Source of the DNA: Acidimicrobiales bacterium
GTDB lineage: Bacteria; Actinomycetota; Acidimicrobiia; Acidimicrobiales; CATQHL01
Length of the DNA stretch: 64,000 nucleotides
Direction: 5' to 3'
Assembly: GCA_965242895.1 (NCBI GenBank)
Contig: OZ251507.1
Location: 626,276 to 690,275, forward strand
This document shows positions 1-9,271 of this stretch, one piece after another; within the stretch, counting starts at the first letter, position 1, and every line of letters starts with the position of its first letter. The position numbers and the translations under genes are program-made. Below the pieces are notes generated by a model. That model saw only the letters and a list, made by a program, of their open reading frames with translations. It searched no databases and had not been told where the DNA came from.

Positions 1-188
1 GTGGCCTGTGCGTAACCCTGAGCCATGTGGCCAGCACCCTGTTCATGCCTCACTAGGACGTGACGGATGGAGGATTCCAGCAGCGGGTCGTAAACCGGCA
101 GGATCGCACCTCCCGGCAACCCGAAGATGATCTCCACTCCGTGGTTCTCCAGACTCCGCATCAGAGCCTGTCCTCCGTTCATTTTCAT
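1..188 (-). CDS. ilvB: acetolactate synthase large subunit, N-terminal fragment (continues off the window)
   Basis: Reverse translation from ATG at 188-186 gives [37 protein letters not shown]...[14 protein letters not shown], a typical AHAS/ThDP-enzyme N-terminus. A GGAGG RBS lies at 196-200 (minus strand). Confidence 0.85.
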   Translation of the reverse strand, partial: MKMNGGQALMRSLENHGVEIIFGLPGGAILPVYDPLLESSIRHVLVRHEQGAGHMAQGYAQA

Positions 189-253
189 GTGTTCACCTCC
201 GGTCGATCCCCTTGCTTGGTATTGATCCCCTGTTGATTCGGTTCTTGGCCGCT

Positions 254-310
254 AAAAAAATGTCCTCCCGATCGGGAGGACAAAAGACGAGCGGCATGAA
301 CCGCTCGTCA
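254..310 (-). terminator. two consecutive hairpins; the distal one is an intrinsic terminator or attenuator upstream of ilvB
   Basis: Minus-strand RNA reads GACGAGCGG-UUCAUG-CCGCUCGUC (310-287). It is followed by GUCCUCCC-GAUC-GGGAGGAC (281-262) and a U7 run (260-254). Confidence 0.7.
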
Positions 311-364
311 AAGAATTACTACTTGAACGAGAAGTCGGCTTGCGTACGTCCTGTGGAAATCCAC
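308..364 (-). CDS. putative ilvB leader peptide (18 aa, V/M-DFHRTYASRLLVQVVIL)
   Basis: The GTG at 364-362 opens an 18-codon ORF ending in TGA at 310-308. Seven of its last eight codons encode Leu/Val/Ile. A TATACT -10-like box (377-372) lies 7 nt upstream of the GTG, compatible with a leaderless transcript. The stop codon sits inside the first hairpin. Confidence 0.55.
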   Translation of the reverse strand: MDFHRTYASRLLVQVVIL

Positions 365-409
365 AACAGCAAGTATAGCCGGAGGTTGCCGCAACCGATG
401 CGGAAGGGA

Positions 410-2089
410 TCAGGCCTCGGTCACGGCACCCTTCTCAGCGCCGGCAGCCAGCTTCGCATACTTCGCAAGGAAGCCGGAGGAGTAGCGGGGCGCAGGCGCC
501 CGCCAACTATCCCGCCGTTCGGCCAGAACGTCGGGCGGCACCATCAGATCGATGGAGTGCTCGCGCACGTCGATACGGATGCGGTCGCCGTCTTCCACAA
601 GCGCCAGAGGCCCCCCTTCCGAGGCTTCCGGCGCAACGTGCCCCACACAGAACCCGTGCGTGCCGCCGGAGAATCGTCCGTCCGTCACCAAGGCTGCGTC
701 AGAGCCTCGCCCTACCCCCTTCATAGCGCCGGTGATGGCCAGCATCTCACGCATGCCCGGGCCGCCTTTGGGCCCCTCGTAGCGGATGACCACGACGTCG
801 CCAGGGTTGATTCCTCCCGCCAGCACCACATCCTTTGCGTCGTCTTCGCTGTCGAAGACCCTCGCCCTTCCGTCGAAGCTTTCGGCGTCGATGCCCGCCA
901 CCTTCACCACAGCACCAGACGGGGCGAGGCTGCCGGTGAGCACCGCAATTCCGCCGATGTCCCAGATGGGATCCTCGAAGCGGTGGATCACGCTGCCGTC
1001 GGGAGCCGGGGGATCGATCTCGGCCAGATTCTCCGCCACGGTCTTGCCGGTCACGGTCACCTCGCCGCCGTTCAGCAGACCCTCCTCCATCAGCATCCGC
1101 AGCACCACTGGCACTCCGCCCACGCGGTCGACGTCGAGCATGTGATAGCGCCCGTGCGGCTTGGTGTCGGCTAGGTGCGGCACCCTCGCCGCAATCCGGT
1201 TGAAGTCGTCCAACTCCAAGCTCACTCTCGCCTCGTACGCGATGGCCAGCAGGTGCAGGACGGCGTTGGTGGAGCCGCCCAACGCCATCACCAGGGCGAT
1301 GGCGTTCTCGAAGGCGGCTTTGGTGAGGATGTCTCTAGGGCGTATGCCGGCGCGCATGAGGTTCAGCACCGCCCGTCCGCTCTCATAGGCGATGTCATCG
1401 CGTCGAACGTCCGGCGCAGCGGGAGAAGCGCTTCCTGGCAGCGACATCCCCAATCCCTCCCCCACCGATGCCATGGTGTTGGCCGTGAACATGCCGGCGC
1501 AACTGCCTTCGCTGGGACAGGCGTTGCGCTCTATCTCAGTGAGTTCAGCCGCGTCCATGTCACCGACGGCGTGGGCTCCAACCGCCTCGAAGACGCTCAC
1601 GATGTCCAGGGTGCGTTCCCCTAGCCGCCCAGGGAGTATCGAGCCGCCGTAGACGAAAACGCTGGGCAGGTTCAACCTGGCCGCTGCCATGAGCATCCCA
1701 GGCAGCGACTTGTCGCAGCCGGCAAAACTGACGAAGGCGTCGAGCCGCTCGCCGTGCATCACCGCCTCCACGGAATCTGCGATGATCTCCCTGCTCACTA
1801 GGGAGGCGCGCATGCCCTCGGTTCCCATGGAGATGGCGTCGCTGACGGCGATGGTGTTGAACTCCAGGGGAAATCCGCCGGCTTCTCGCACTCCGTCCTT
1901 GCAGCGTCTCGCCAGCCGAGACAGGGGCAGGTTGCACGGAGTGACCTCGTTCCAGGAGGAGGCCACCCCCACCTGAGGCTTGTCCCAGTCATCGTCGGTC
2001 ATGCCGACCGCCCGCAGCATGGCTCGAGCCGGAGCCCGCTCAGGGCCGGAGGTGACTTCACTGCTTCGAATCTTCAGGTTGTTGCTCAT
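410..2089 (-). CDS. ilvD: dihydroxy-acid dehydratase
   Basis: [56 protein letters not shown]...[16 protein letters not shown]...[21 protein letters not shown] are hallmark IlvD/Edd motifs. I prefer the ATG at 2089 over the ORF-track start at 2191. Confidence 0.95.
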   Translation of the reverse strand: MSNNLKIRSSEVTSGPERAPARAMLRAVGMTDDDWDKPQVGVASSWNEVTPCNLPLSRLARRCKDGVREAGGFPLEFNTIAVSDAISMGTEGMRASLVSREIIADSVEAVMHGERLDAFVSFAGCDKSLPGMLMAAARLNLPSVFVYGGSILPGRLGERTLDIVSVFEAVGAHAVGDMDAAELTEIERNACPSEGSCAGMFTANTMASVGEGLGMSLPGSASPAAPDVRRDDIAYESGRAVLNLMRAGIRPRDILTKAAFENAIALVMALGGSTNAVLHLLAIAYEARVSLELDDFNRIAARVPHLADTKPHGRYHMLDVDRVGGVPVVLRMLMEEGLLNGGEVTVTGKTVAENLAEIDPPAPDGSVIHRFEDPIWDIGGIAVLTGSLAPSGAVVKVAGIDAESFDGRARVFDSEDDAKDVVLAGGINPGDVVVIRYEGPKGGPGMREMLAITGAMKGVGRGSDAALVTDGRFSGGTHGFCVGHVAPEASEGGPLALVEDGDRIRIDVREHSIDLMVPPDVLAERRDSWRAPAPRYSSGFLAKYAKLAAGAEKGAVTEA

Positions 2090-2414
2090 GACTGCCAGAG
2101 TATTCGCTGCATCCCGCCCGCGCATTCCGCCCGCGCCGCCCGCGCTGTCAGCAAGGTCGACGGCGACACCAGTCAAACTCCCCGAAGGCACGAAAGAACG
2201 ACTGCCATCCCGCCCGCGCTGTCCGCGCCGTCCGCGCTGTCCGCAAGGTCGACAGCGACACAGTCCGGCGGATGCGAGTTCCCCACAAAATCCCCGCCGC
2301 TGCCGGAGACTCGTTCAGGAAGGGTCGGCTACACGGGCTAGCGGATGTGAGGGCGATATAGTCGGCTTAAAGCCCCACCCCGAACACCCTGAACACTCGG
2401 AGGACAAGCGCCGC

Positions 2415-2699
2415 ATGTGGATATCGCCGAAGAAGCATCAAGTCTCAATTACCTACTGCGTCCCTTGAGATTATCATCCGAGCGCCGTGAGCGCCGCCAA
2501 GGAAATTCTCGCCGCATATCAACACATGGTGTCTGAACTCACGCTCATCACCGGCACTGATGGGGTCTTCGACGTGAGCATCGACGGGGAGACGGTTTTC
2601 TCTAAACACGCCTGCGAAGACCGCTTTCCGCGCCCAGGCGAATTGGCCGAGGCCTTCAGCAAGATCGTCGGAGGAGACGTTCCCAGCTTCGGAACATAG
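2415..2699 (+). CDS. SelW/Rdx-family selenoprotein (CxxU) with in-frame UGA at 2466-2468
   Basis: Joining the tail of ORF 1980..2468 (MWISPKKHQVSITYCVP) to ORF 2487..2699 through the in-frame TGA gives ...ITYCVP-U-DYHPSAVSAAKEILAAYQHMVSELTLITGTDGVFDVSIDGETVFSKH..EDRFPRPGEL. This matches the Rdx pattern (I.YC..C/U...A..L...L.pG..G.F.V......S....RFP...EL). Confidence 0.8.
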
Positions 2700-2717
2700 C
2701 GGTAGGGGCCGTTCGGG

Positions 2718-2832
2718 AAGCAGCGAGAACCACACGGGGAGCAGCGAGAACCACACGGGAAGCAGCGCCTTAGACCGTTCGGGGAGCAGCGCCAGAACCT
2801 CAGAGGGAGCAGCGCCTAGACCACATCAGAGG
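2718..2832. repeat. about five degenerate 20-24 bp tandem units, each starting AGCAGCG
   Basis: gaagcagcgagaaccacacggg / gagcagcgagaaccacacggg / aagcagcgccttagaccgttcggg / gagcagcgccagaacctcagaggg / agcagcgcctagaccacatcagagg. Confidence 0.7.
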
Positions 2833-2849
2833 CCCCCCCCCCCCCCCCC
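2833..2849 (+). repeat. C17 homopolymer
   Basis: Seventeen consecutive C, counted directly, in the intergenic region between the selenoprotein gene and the SCP2 gene. Confidence 0.9.
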
Positions 2850-2886
2850 GGAGAGGATCAGAAATCAGAACGCTGTCAGGGCCGCA

Positions 2887-3306
2887 TCAGAGCGGCGCCA
2901 ACCTCTCCCTCAGTTCTCTGAGAGCGTCTCTGGAAGCACCGCTAAGCATGGGGCGCAGCCCGAAGAGCACACGCTCATAAGCCCCCTCCAACTTCAACTT
3001 CCCCTGCATGTAGGCCACGGCAGGATCCAGCCGACCCTCCCACATGGCTGCGGCGTCGGGGTAGCTGCACGTCAGGGTGCAGTCGGCGTCGACGGGAAAA
3101 ACAAGTGAAACCTCAGCAAGCTGGCCGTCCACCAGTCGGACGCCCAGACGACGCCGGCCGTCCGGGCTGTCGGAAACCTCCACTTTCAGGTTCAGGCTGC
3201 AGCCGGGCGTCGAGGGCAAGTCCTTGGCCGCGCCCTTCAGCGCCGCTAGCCACTCGTCGCTCAAAAAACGCACTCTGCTCACTCCCTCACCGCCGGCGAC
3301 GGGCAT
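2887..3306 (-). CDS. SCP2 sterol-binding-domain protein
   Basis: The C-terminal ...AAMWEGRLDPAVAYMQGKLKLEGAYERVLFGLRPML resembles the SCP-2 signature (MxGKLKxxG). Confidence 0.7.
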   Translation of the reverse strand: MPVAGGEGVSRVRFLSDEWLAALKGAAKDLPSTPGCSLNLKVEVSDSPDGRRRLGVRLVDGQLAEVSLVFPVDADCTLTCSYPDAAAMWEGRLDPAVAYMQGKLKLEGAYERVLFGLRPMLSGASRDALRELRERLAPL

Positions 3307-3424
3307 CTCGACGACGGGGCGGCGTCAAGGATCGGATGGTGCTCGTCGCTCAGAAAACGCACTCTGCTCACTCCCTCACGCCATGGGAAGGTCGAAGTGT
3401 CCCGCCGCCAGTCTCGACACCGAT

Positions 3425-4288
3425 TCAGCGGAGACCTGCGAACAGGTCGTCCTCGGGCAGTTCGGTGCTCACGTGCGAGCGGGCGAGGATGTAGTCGTCG
3501 GTCGTGTAGACGCCCCGAGCAACCTCTCTGGGCAGGGCAAACCAGAACTCTGAGTCCGGGTCTACCTGCGATGCGTGCGCCAGGAGCGCGTCGCAGCGCC
3601 TGTCGAACCACTTCTCCACCTCAATTCGGGTGGTGATCCGATGATCCAGCCACGGACGATCGAACCATTTCTCGTCGTAAGGAGACTCCAGACCGAGTTC
3701 GATGATCTTCTCGTGAGTGGCCACCAGCCTGGCCTTCGACCAGATGGTGTAGTAGAGCTTCAGGGGTTGCCAGGGGCTTCCGGCTTCGGGGTAAGCCTCC
3801 CGTTCGCCCGCTGACTCGAAAGCAGCCAACCCCACATCGTGGACACGCAAATGATCAGGATGGCGGTAGCCCTGCTGATCGTCGGCGTAGATCATCATCA
3901 CGTGCGGACGCTCGGCGCGGATGATGGCAGTGAGTCGCTCCACCGCCTCAGAGAGGGGGGCGGCAGCGAAGGAGTCCGGCGACGGAGGGTGCTCTGCGTC
4001 GGCCATGCCGGAATCCCTGTAGCCCAGCCAGATCACCTCGTCGTAACCGATGATCTCGGCCGCCCGATGCAGCTCCTCCCGACGCAACTCCGGCAAGCGC
4101 TCCCTCGCTCCCGGAGTGTCGACCGCCGGGTTGAGAATGCTGCCTTCCTCCCCGCCGGTGCAGCAGACCAGCACAGAGCGCACTCCTTCGTCCGCGTAAC
4201 GCGCCACCGTGGCGGCACCTTTGGAGGACTCGTCGTCGGGGTGTGCGTGCACCGTGAGCAGCCGCAGGGAACGGACAGGCGAACTCAC
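3425..4288 (-). CDS. mca: mycothiol S-conjugate amidase (LmbE/PIG-L family)
   Basis: LRLLTVHAHPDDESSKGAATVARYADEG...GYRHPDHLRVH...ALLAHASQVDPDSEFW...DLFAG aligns closely, from memory, with actinobacterial Mca. Its size (287 aa) also fits. Confidence 0.85.
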   Translation of the reverse strand: MSSPVRSLRLLTVHAHPDDESSKGAATVARYADEGVRSVLVCCTGGEEGSILNPAVDTPGARERLPELRREELHRAAEIIGYDEVIWLGYRDSGMADAEHPPSPDSFAAAPLSEAVERLTAIIRAERPHVMMIYADDQQGYRHPDHLRVHDVGLAAFESAGEREAYPEAGSPWQPLKLYYTIWSKARLVATHEKIIELGLESPYDEKWFDRPWLDHRITTRIEVEKWFDRRCDALLAHASQVDPDSEFWFALPREVARGVYTTDDYILARSHVSTELPEDDLFAGLR

Positions 4289-5526
4289 CGTGAAGCCGAC
4301 ACCGATTCGATCGGCTCCAGTTCTTCGATGCCCAGTTCTTCGTCCCTATACAGCTCCCAGCCCAGAAGCGCTGCGAAGGCTTCCCGTCCCTCGTCGGGAC
4401 CCGAAGCGATGATCTCGTCGCCCCGTCGAAGCAGCATGCCTCCACGCGGGCGGTAGAAATAGCGCTTCCCCCGCAGGATGGCTAGGACGCTGAAACCCGG
4501 CTCGATGTCGAGTTTCATCTCCGCAAGCGAGCGCCCCTCCACGACCGAGCCTTTCGCCACCGGATACTCCACGACCACATCGTCGGAATCGCCTAGGGCG
4601 ATCTCCAGGATGGGGTGGAGGTCTTCCCCTTTTTCCACCAACCAGACCATCTGACTGGCCTGATCACCCAGGTCTTCCGCCGCATTCGAGAGGTGGAGCA
4701 GACCCCTCAGCGGCCCCGGGTCGGAAGCCGCTGCCGCAGCTCTGAGCACCCAGAGTTCCAGTTGGTCGTTCATCTCGTCGAGCCGGCTCTCGAGATGACG
4801 CACCTGAGCCGCCAACCCCATGTCACTCAGCACAAGGGTTGAGTAGGCCAACCCGACTGCCACTTCGGAGAGGTCTTTCATATCCACTAGCAAGTCGACC
4901 GCCCGATCCAGGTCGGTGATCCAGGTGGATTCCGGCGGCGCCGGAGGTTCCCAATCCTGATCTCCGGCGAGTTCACGCAGCCTGGTGATCCCAGCGGCCG
5001 TGCCGCGCATAAAAAGGGCGTCGGCGGGCAGCAAGACCTGATCGCCGTCCACGTCGGTGATCCATTCCCTGCCCCTGCGGATGGCCATGATGCGCATGCC
5101 CGTGGCGACCGGCAACTCCAGCGCACTCACCGGGCAATTGGCCATGCGCGAACCCTCCCCCACTTCCACCCGGTGCGAGACCTCGGCGGCAGCGAAGAGG
5201 TCGGCCACCAGAGCCGCAGGAATGCCCAACTGGTGAGTGACGATGCGGGCGATATCCACGGCGTCGTTGGCGATCCGCTCTATGGCGCTGACCACCTGCA
5301 GAACAGAGGACATCCCCTCTGCGTCTCGGGGGTTGCGGGCGGCCTTGACGCACACGGCGCGCATGTCGTGCACGAGATCACTCATGCGTTCTTCCAGGTC
5401 GCTCACTTCGGAAGCCATCTCATGCTCACCGAAGTAGACAGAGGCATAAGCCAAGTCCACCATCAACTCGCTGAGGTCTTTCGCTTCGGCGAGCATCGAG
5501 CGCAGATTGCGGGGGCGTTCTTCCAT
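4285..5526 (-). CDS. PhoU-like / TrkA_C domain regulatory protein (COG3273-like)
   Basis: Two PhoU-like helical segments (DLSELMVDLAYASVYF..., DLSEVAVGLAYSTLVL...) alternate with TrkA_C-like segments (RMANCPVSALELPVATGMRIMAIRRG..., VVEGRSLAEMKLDIEPGFSVLAILRG...). A 4-nt overlap with mca suggests an operon. Confidence 0.75.
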   Translation of the reverse strand: MEERPRNLRSMLAEAKDLSELMVDLAYASVYFGEHEMASEVSDLEERMSDLVHDMRAVCVKAARNPRDAEGMSSVLQVVSAIERIANDAVDIARIVTHQLGIPAALVADLFAAAEVSHRVEVGEGSRMANCPVSALELPVATGMRIMAIRRGREWITDVDGDQVLLPADALFMRGTAAGITRLRELAGDQDWEPPAPPESTWITDLDRAVDLLVDMKDLSEVAVGLAYSTLVLSDMGLAAQVRHLESRLDEMNDQLELWVLRAAAAASDPGPLRGLLHLSNAAEDLGDQASQMVWLVEKGEDLHPILEIALGDSDDVVVEYPVAKGSVVEGRSLAEMKLDIEPGFSVLAILRGKRYFYRPRGGMLLRRGDEIIASGPDEGREAFAALLGWELYRDEELGIEELEPIESVSASR

Positions 5527-5699
5527 CGCTGCTTCTCCTGATGCTACACGACTAGCGCTCGTCTAATGCCGGCTAAGCCGCCGAAGCGGGCGGAAGGCCG
5601 CAACGCAAGCCGCCGAGACGGGCGGAAGGCCGCAACGCAGCAAAGCCGCTTGCAGCATGCGGGGAGCCCGAACACCGAGAGGTCTCTACGACCATCGAC

Positions 5700-7001
5700 T
5701 TAAGCCGACCCCAGCACGCCGAGAACTCCCAGAGCGCCGACCAGGGTGAGGGCGCCTGCGAGGTCCATGCTGGAGGTGACCAGGGGTATGCCGAAGGTGT
5801 CGGGGTCTAATCCCACCCGCTCAGCCGCAATAGTGCCGTAATAGGCGGCCAGCACCGCAATCGCCGTGGCCGCCACGCCGCCCAGAACCGCCGACGCAAG
5901 CATGTCGGCCAAGCCGGGTGACCTAAGGCCGCCGAGCACAGCTGCGCCGTGAGCCAGAAGCGAGATGCCGGCAAAGGTGGGCACGGCCAGGAGGATTATC
6001 CGGCGCAACTCCCTGCGAGCGTCGCGGCCAGGCACTGAAGTGGGTTCGATCAAGCCCAAGTGAAGCTTGCTGGCGAGACGGCTGGAGAGGATGCCTCCGA
6101 GCGCCCCCGCTAGGGCAAGGTAGCCCGGCAGAAGCACCAGCAGAGCAGGCCAGCGGCCCAGGAATGACACCTGCTGCTCGACAATCACCCCCGCCACCAG
6201 GTCAAGCATCAAGGCCACGACCAACACAGGGAACGACTCCCGCAGGATGGTGCGAAGCGGCGCCCGCCCGAAACTCCAGGAGGCTGCGGCGCCGACCACC
6301 GCAGCGCCGACGCACACGCTTCCCACGATCAGGGCAGCGTCGGGAGACTGGGCAACCGGCACCACCAATAACAGCGCTGGGAGAGTTATGGCGTCGCTGG
6401 TTGCAGTCACCAGCGGCGCCGTCACGTTGTCGGGATCCCAGCCGAAACGCGCCGAACCCGCAGCCAAGACGAGGGCGACGACGAGCACGAAGAGCGAGGC
6501 CAGAAGCCCTCCCAAAATGCTGATGACCATGAATGCGCCGAGGCTGATGGAGTCCGCAATCCCGAAAACCCATGCGGCTGCCTTCGCCAAGATCGCCAAA
6601 GCTGCCGATGCGGCGAGGCTTAACGCCAGCGAAGCGATGACGTTCTCCCCCATCACCGAGGCCGGACGCAGACTCAAGCGGTAGGTGCCCGAGTGGATGG
6701 CCGTGCCCAGGCGCGACCCCAAGGCACCGAAAATGTTGCCTCGCAAGGCGATGGCTGCAGGCACCATCATCAACAGACCGCTCATAGTCTCCAAGCGATC
6801 CGCGCTAGCTCCGAGCATCCACCCCACCAGCACGCTCACTATGGCCAGCAGCCCTAGGGCCGTCAAACTCTGAACGCCGCTCCGGCTGCGCGACGAACCA
6901 GCCGCTTTGAACAGGGCGCGAAGCCCGCCTTTAGACGGCGGCGGCAAGGGAGGCTGACCGCTGGAATGTCCGGTCGATCTGCGGCGCGGTTCGTTGGGCA
7001 T
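5700..7001 (-). CDS. MgtE-like divalent-cation transporter membrane protein (two MgtE-type TM repeats)
   Basis: Polytopic membrane protein with duplicated segments (...GNIFGALGSRLGTAIH..., ...GALGGILSSRLASKLH...) typical of SLC41/MgtE permease domains. It neighbours the PhoU/TrkA_C gene. The start is uncertain: ATG at 7001 is preferred over TTG at 7100. Confidence 0.7.
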   Translation of the reverse strand: MPNEPRRRSTGHSSGQPPLPPPSKGGLRALFKAAGSSRSRSGVQSLTALGLLAIVSVLVGWMLGASADRLETMSGLLMMVPAAIALRGNIFGALGSRLGTAIHSGTYRLSLRPASVMGENVIASLALSLAASAALAILAKAAAWVFGIADSISLGAFMVISILGGLLASLFVLVVALVLAAGSARFGWDPDNVTAPLVTATSDAITLPALLLVVPVAQSPDAALIVGSVCVGAAVVGAAASWSFGRAPLRTILRESFPVLVVALMLDLVAGVIVEQQVSFLGRWPALLVLLPGYLALAGALGGILSSRLASKLHLGLIEPTSVPGRDARRELRRIILLAVPTFAGISLLAHGAAVLGGLRSPGLADMLASAVLGGVAATAIAVLAAYYGTIAAERVGLDPDTFGIPLVTSSMDLAGALTLVGALGVLGVLGSA

Positions 7002-7417
7002 CGCTTTGGAGTCTGTCTGTCGAGGCTTTCGGAGGATTCGGGGCTGCTTGGGAAGAGTCTCTACTTGAGGAACTTGAAGACGAGTCTGGCCTGACAACAA
7101 GTCGGGCCGGCCAGAACTCTTGCGCTCGTCTAAGATCGGATGCTCAAGTTTTCCCCAGCCGAAGCCCCCAGGCGGGGAATTCCAGAACTAGGCGGGGAAT
7201 CCCGGGGGCTAAGCGAAGAATTCCGGGGGGCTAGGCGGGGAATCCCGGGATAAAGGAGAAGACGTATCAGGATTTCGCCGGAGCGAGCCGTCTGCACACG
7301 GTCACTCCGGTGCTGCCAACAGCGCGCAGATTTTGAGGAAGGCTCAACTGTCGCAAAGGTGTCCAAAAAATGTTGTCACAATGCTCCCACACGCGATAGC
7401 ATCGTCTCATAATAAAC

Positions 7418-7869
7418 ATGGCTGATCACCCCCCCCCCCCCCTCTCCCAACTTCCGAATCAGGAAGAGTTCTTTCGCCCTCCAGCGCGGTTCGGAAATGT
7501 CCCTGTCCCAATCACACCGCTCGGTTAGGGTCCAAAAAATCCCGGATTTCGCAATCATTATCCCTAGTTCAACTACCGACTCAAATAGTCGACCGCCTCA
7601 GCTTCGGAACTCCCGAACTGAAACCTAACCCCCTGACATGGGGTAACAATCTCCATATCATGTGCACTCTCCCGTCGGAAAGTATAGATCTGATCTATAT
7701 CGACCCTCCCTTCTTCTCAAACAGGGTCCACAACGTAATTTGGGGAGATCAGAACGAAAAACGCTCATTCTCCGACATTTGGGAAAGCGGCCTTGACGGA
7801 TACTTGATATGGCTCAACACTCGACTCTACGAAATGAAACGAATCCTCAAGCCGACCAGCTCGATCTAC
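7418..7869 (+). pseudogene. truncated, stop-interrupted copy of the 5' end of the methyltransferase gene at 10516
   Basis: Region 7253-7869 is highly similar to 10338-10962 (promoter region, ATG and C14 tract at 7429-7442). An in-frame TAG (ggtTAGggtcc here, ggttgggatcc in the intact gene) interrupts it. Homology ends after ...SIY, so the catalytic domain beyond DPPFFSN is incomplete and motif I is absent. Confidence 0.8.
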
Positions 7870-7989
7870 CGTCGCCCTCCAGCGCCGGCGCCGATATCAA
7901 CAAAAGCAGAAAAAACACAGCGTAAGAATTACTAGCCCAACCAACCAAGCCCTGAACAGCTCTACCGAAAGAAAGAGAAAGAGAAAACA

Positions 7990-9003
7990 ATGACTAAATC
8001 AGCAATAGCAGCAATCACACTAGCAATAGCAGTACTAGCAGTGATGCTAGCCGTAGCGCCCGCTACAGCGACCGAAAGCGCAGAAGAAGAACGCCTGCGC
8101 GAAGACATAGCCCGCGCCACCATAGCCCGCAACCGCTATCAGTCTGAAAGCGAACGCTTAGTAAGGCTTCGGGATAACTGGATCCAAGAGATCCGCGACT
8201 TTTACGCCCCCCAAATAGAGAGAGCCGACAATCAAGTCAGAATCTGGAACAACGCGATCGCCGGATACACCGAAAAACTAGAAGCACTAGCACCTACACC
8301 GCCACCCGCAGCACCAACGCCGCCACCCGCAGTCGGGTGCGTGATCGAGCCATGCGGGACAACAACAACGACCGCAGCAGCAACGCCGCCACCCGCAGCA
8401 CCAACGCCGCCACCCGCAGTCGGGTGCGTGATCGAGCCATGCGGGACAACAACGACGACCGCAGCACCAACGCCAACCGAACCAACAATAGCAATGGAAG
8501 AAGCAAGTCAACGAGAAGTTAACAGGATAATGCGCAGAAAACCACCATATCACCACAACTGGCCAAGTGGGCCTGGTCCTTATTACACCAGAGGAGAAGA
8601 TCCCTACATTTTTGACTCCCGAATCGAGGAGTTATGCAAAGATACAAACCCAGACTTAAGTGATACTACCAAACAATATTTCACACTAGAAGTGAGAGTA
8701 CCAATAATAACACAAGCAAACAGAGACACCGGCCACATCAATCAATTTCCACACCAGCAAAATTCTAACACCGCATGGTGTGATGTAGTGCCAAGAGTAG
8801 GCCAAAATCGTAGCCTAGCCTACCCCGAAATGCCCCGAACCAACATAATAATCTACACAGACTCCTGGCACCGTAAGGACGCTATAAGCTTAAGCGCCGA
8901 GAACTGGCCACTTAGCGTCGCAGCGAATGATTGCGTACAAATTAGCCCCAGCATAATCTTTCCCTGCGGCTTCAACGGATACGGTGGGGGGAGCGAGAGG
9001 TGA
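7990..9003 (+). CDS. secreted repeat protein, paralog 1 (signal peptide, coiled coil, 2x 29-aa Pro/Thr/Cys repeat, Cys-containing C-terminal domain)
   Basis: MTKSAIAAITLAIAVLAVMLAVAPATA-TESAEE is a signal peptide. The unit APTPPPAVGCVIEPCGTTTTTAA occurs twice (87-bp DNA period, ~8293-8466). It is highly similar to 9272..10261. Confidence 0.7.
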   Translation: MTKSAIAAITLAIAVLAVMLAVAPATATESAEEERLREDIARATIARNRYQSESERLVRLRDNWIQEIRDFYAPQIERADNQVRIWNNAIAGYTEKLEALAPTPPPAAPTPPPAVGCVIEPCGTTTTTAAATPPPAAPTPPPAVGCVIEPCGTTTTTAAPTPTEPTIAMEEASQREVNRIMRRKPPYHHNWPSGPGPYYTRGEDPYIFDSRIEELCKDTNPDLSDTTKQYFTLEVRVPIITQANRDTGHINQFPHQQNSNTAWCDVVPRVGQNRSLAYPEMPRTNIIIYTDSWHRKDAISLSAENWPLSVAANDCVQISPSIIFPCGFNGYGGGSER

Positions 9004-9116
9004 GCGGAGCGGTAATCATCCCAGCATAATCTTTCCCTGCGGCTTCACCGGATACGGGAACTAGTTGTTGCGCTTGCCCCAGCATATCTTTCCCTGCGGA
9101 GAAAACTAAAAAAACT

Positions 9117-9158
9117 AGCGTCCGGCCGGTCGTCCGTGCGGACGTCCGGCCGGACGCT
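9117..9158 (+). terminator. 42-bp near-perfect palindrome downstream of paralog 1
   Basis: AGCGTCCGGCCGG-T-CGTCCG-TG-CGGACG-T-CCGGCCGGACGCT forms a ~19-bp GC-rich stem. There is no clear U-tract. Confidence 0.5.
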
Positions 9159-9271
9159 AAACCTGAGAACGCCACCTCAGCAGAAAAAACACAGCGTAAG
9201 AATTTTTAGCCCAAGCAAGCCCCGAACAGTGCTGCCAAAAGACAGTGCTACCAACAGTTAAAGAGAAAACA

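Noticed and set aside
212-1174. 320-aa plus-strand ORF, and several shorter ones, overlapping ilvD
   Set aside because: They are antisense or off-frame to a very clear ilvD gene. They are Arg/Gly/Ala/His-rich and have no motifs. This is the usual long spurious ORF seen in GC-rich DNA.
1980-2414. Upstream part of the 162-aa ORF 1980..2468
   Set aside because: Only the last ~18 codons (from the ATG at 2415) fit the Rdx selenoprotein N-terminus. The rest overlaps the ilvD start and promoter region and is low-complexity.
7660-7935. 91-aa ORF containing DPPFFSN as a possible small intact methyltransferase
   Set aside because: It corresponds to an internal piece of the truncated copy of the 10516 gene. 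It lacks the AdoMet-binding motif I and motif X, and it ends in unrelated sequence, so it is called a pseudogene fragment.
8287-8556. Cys/Trp/Arg-rich minus-strand ORFs, and their 9576..9788 equivalents, inside the secreted-protein repeats
   Set aside because: They are antisense shadows of the 87-bp Pro/Thr/Cys repeat. Each is duplicated only because the host gene is duplicated.
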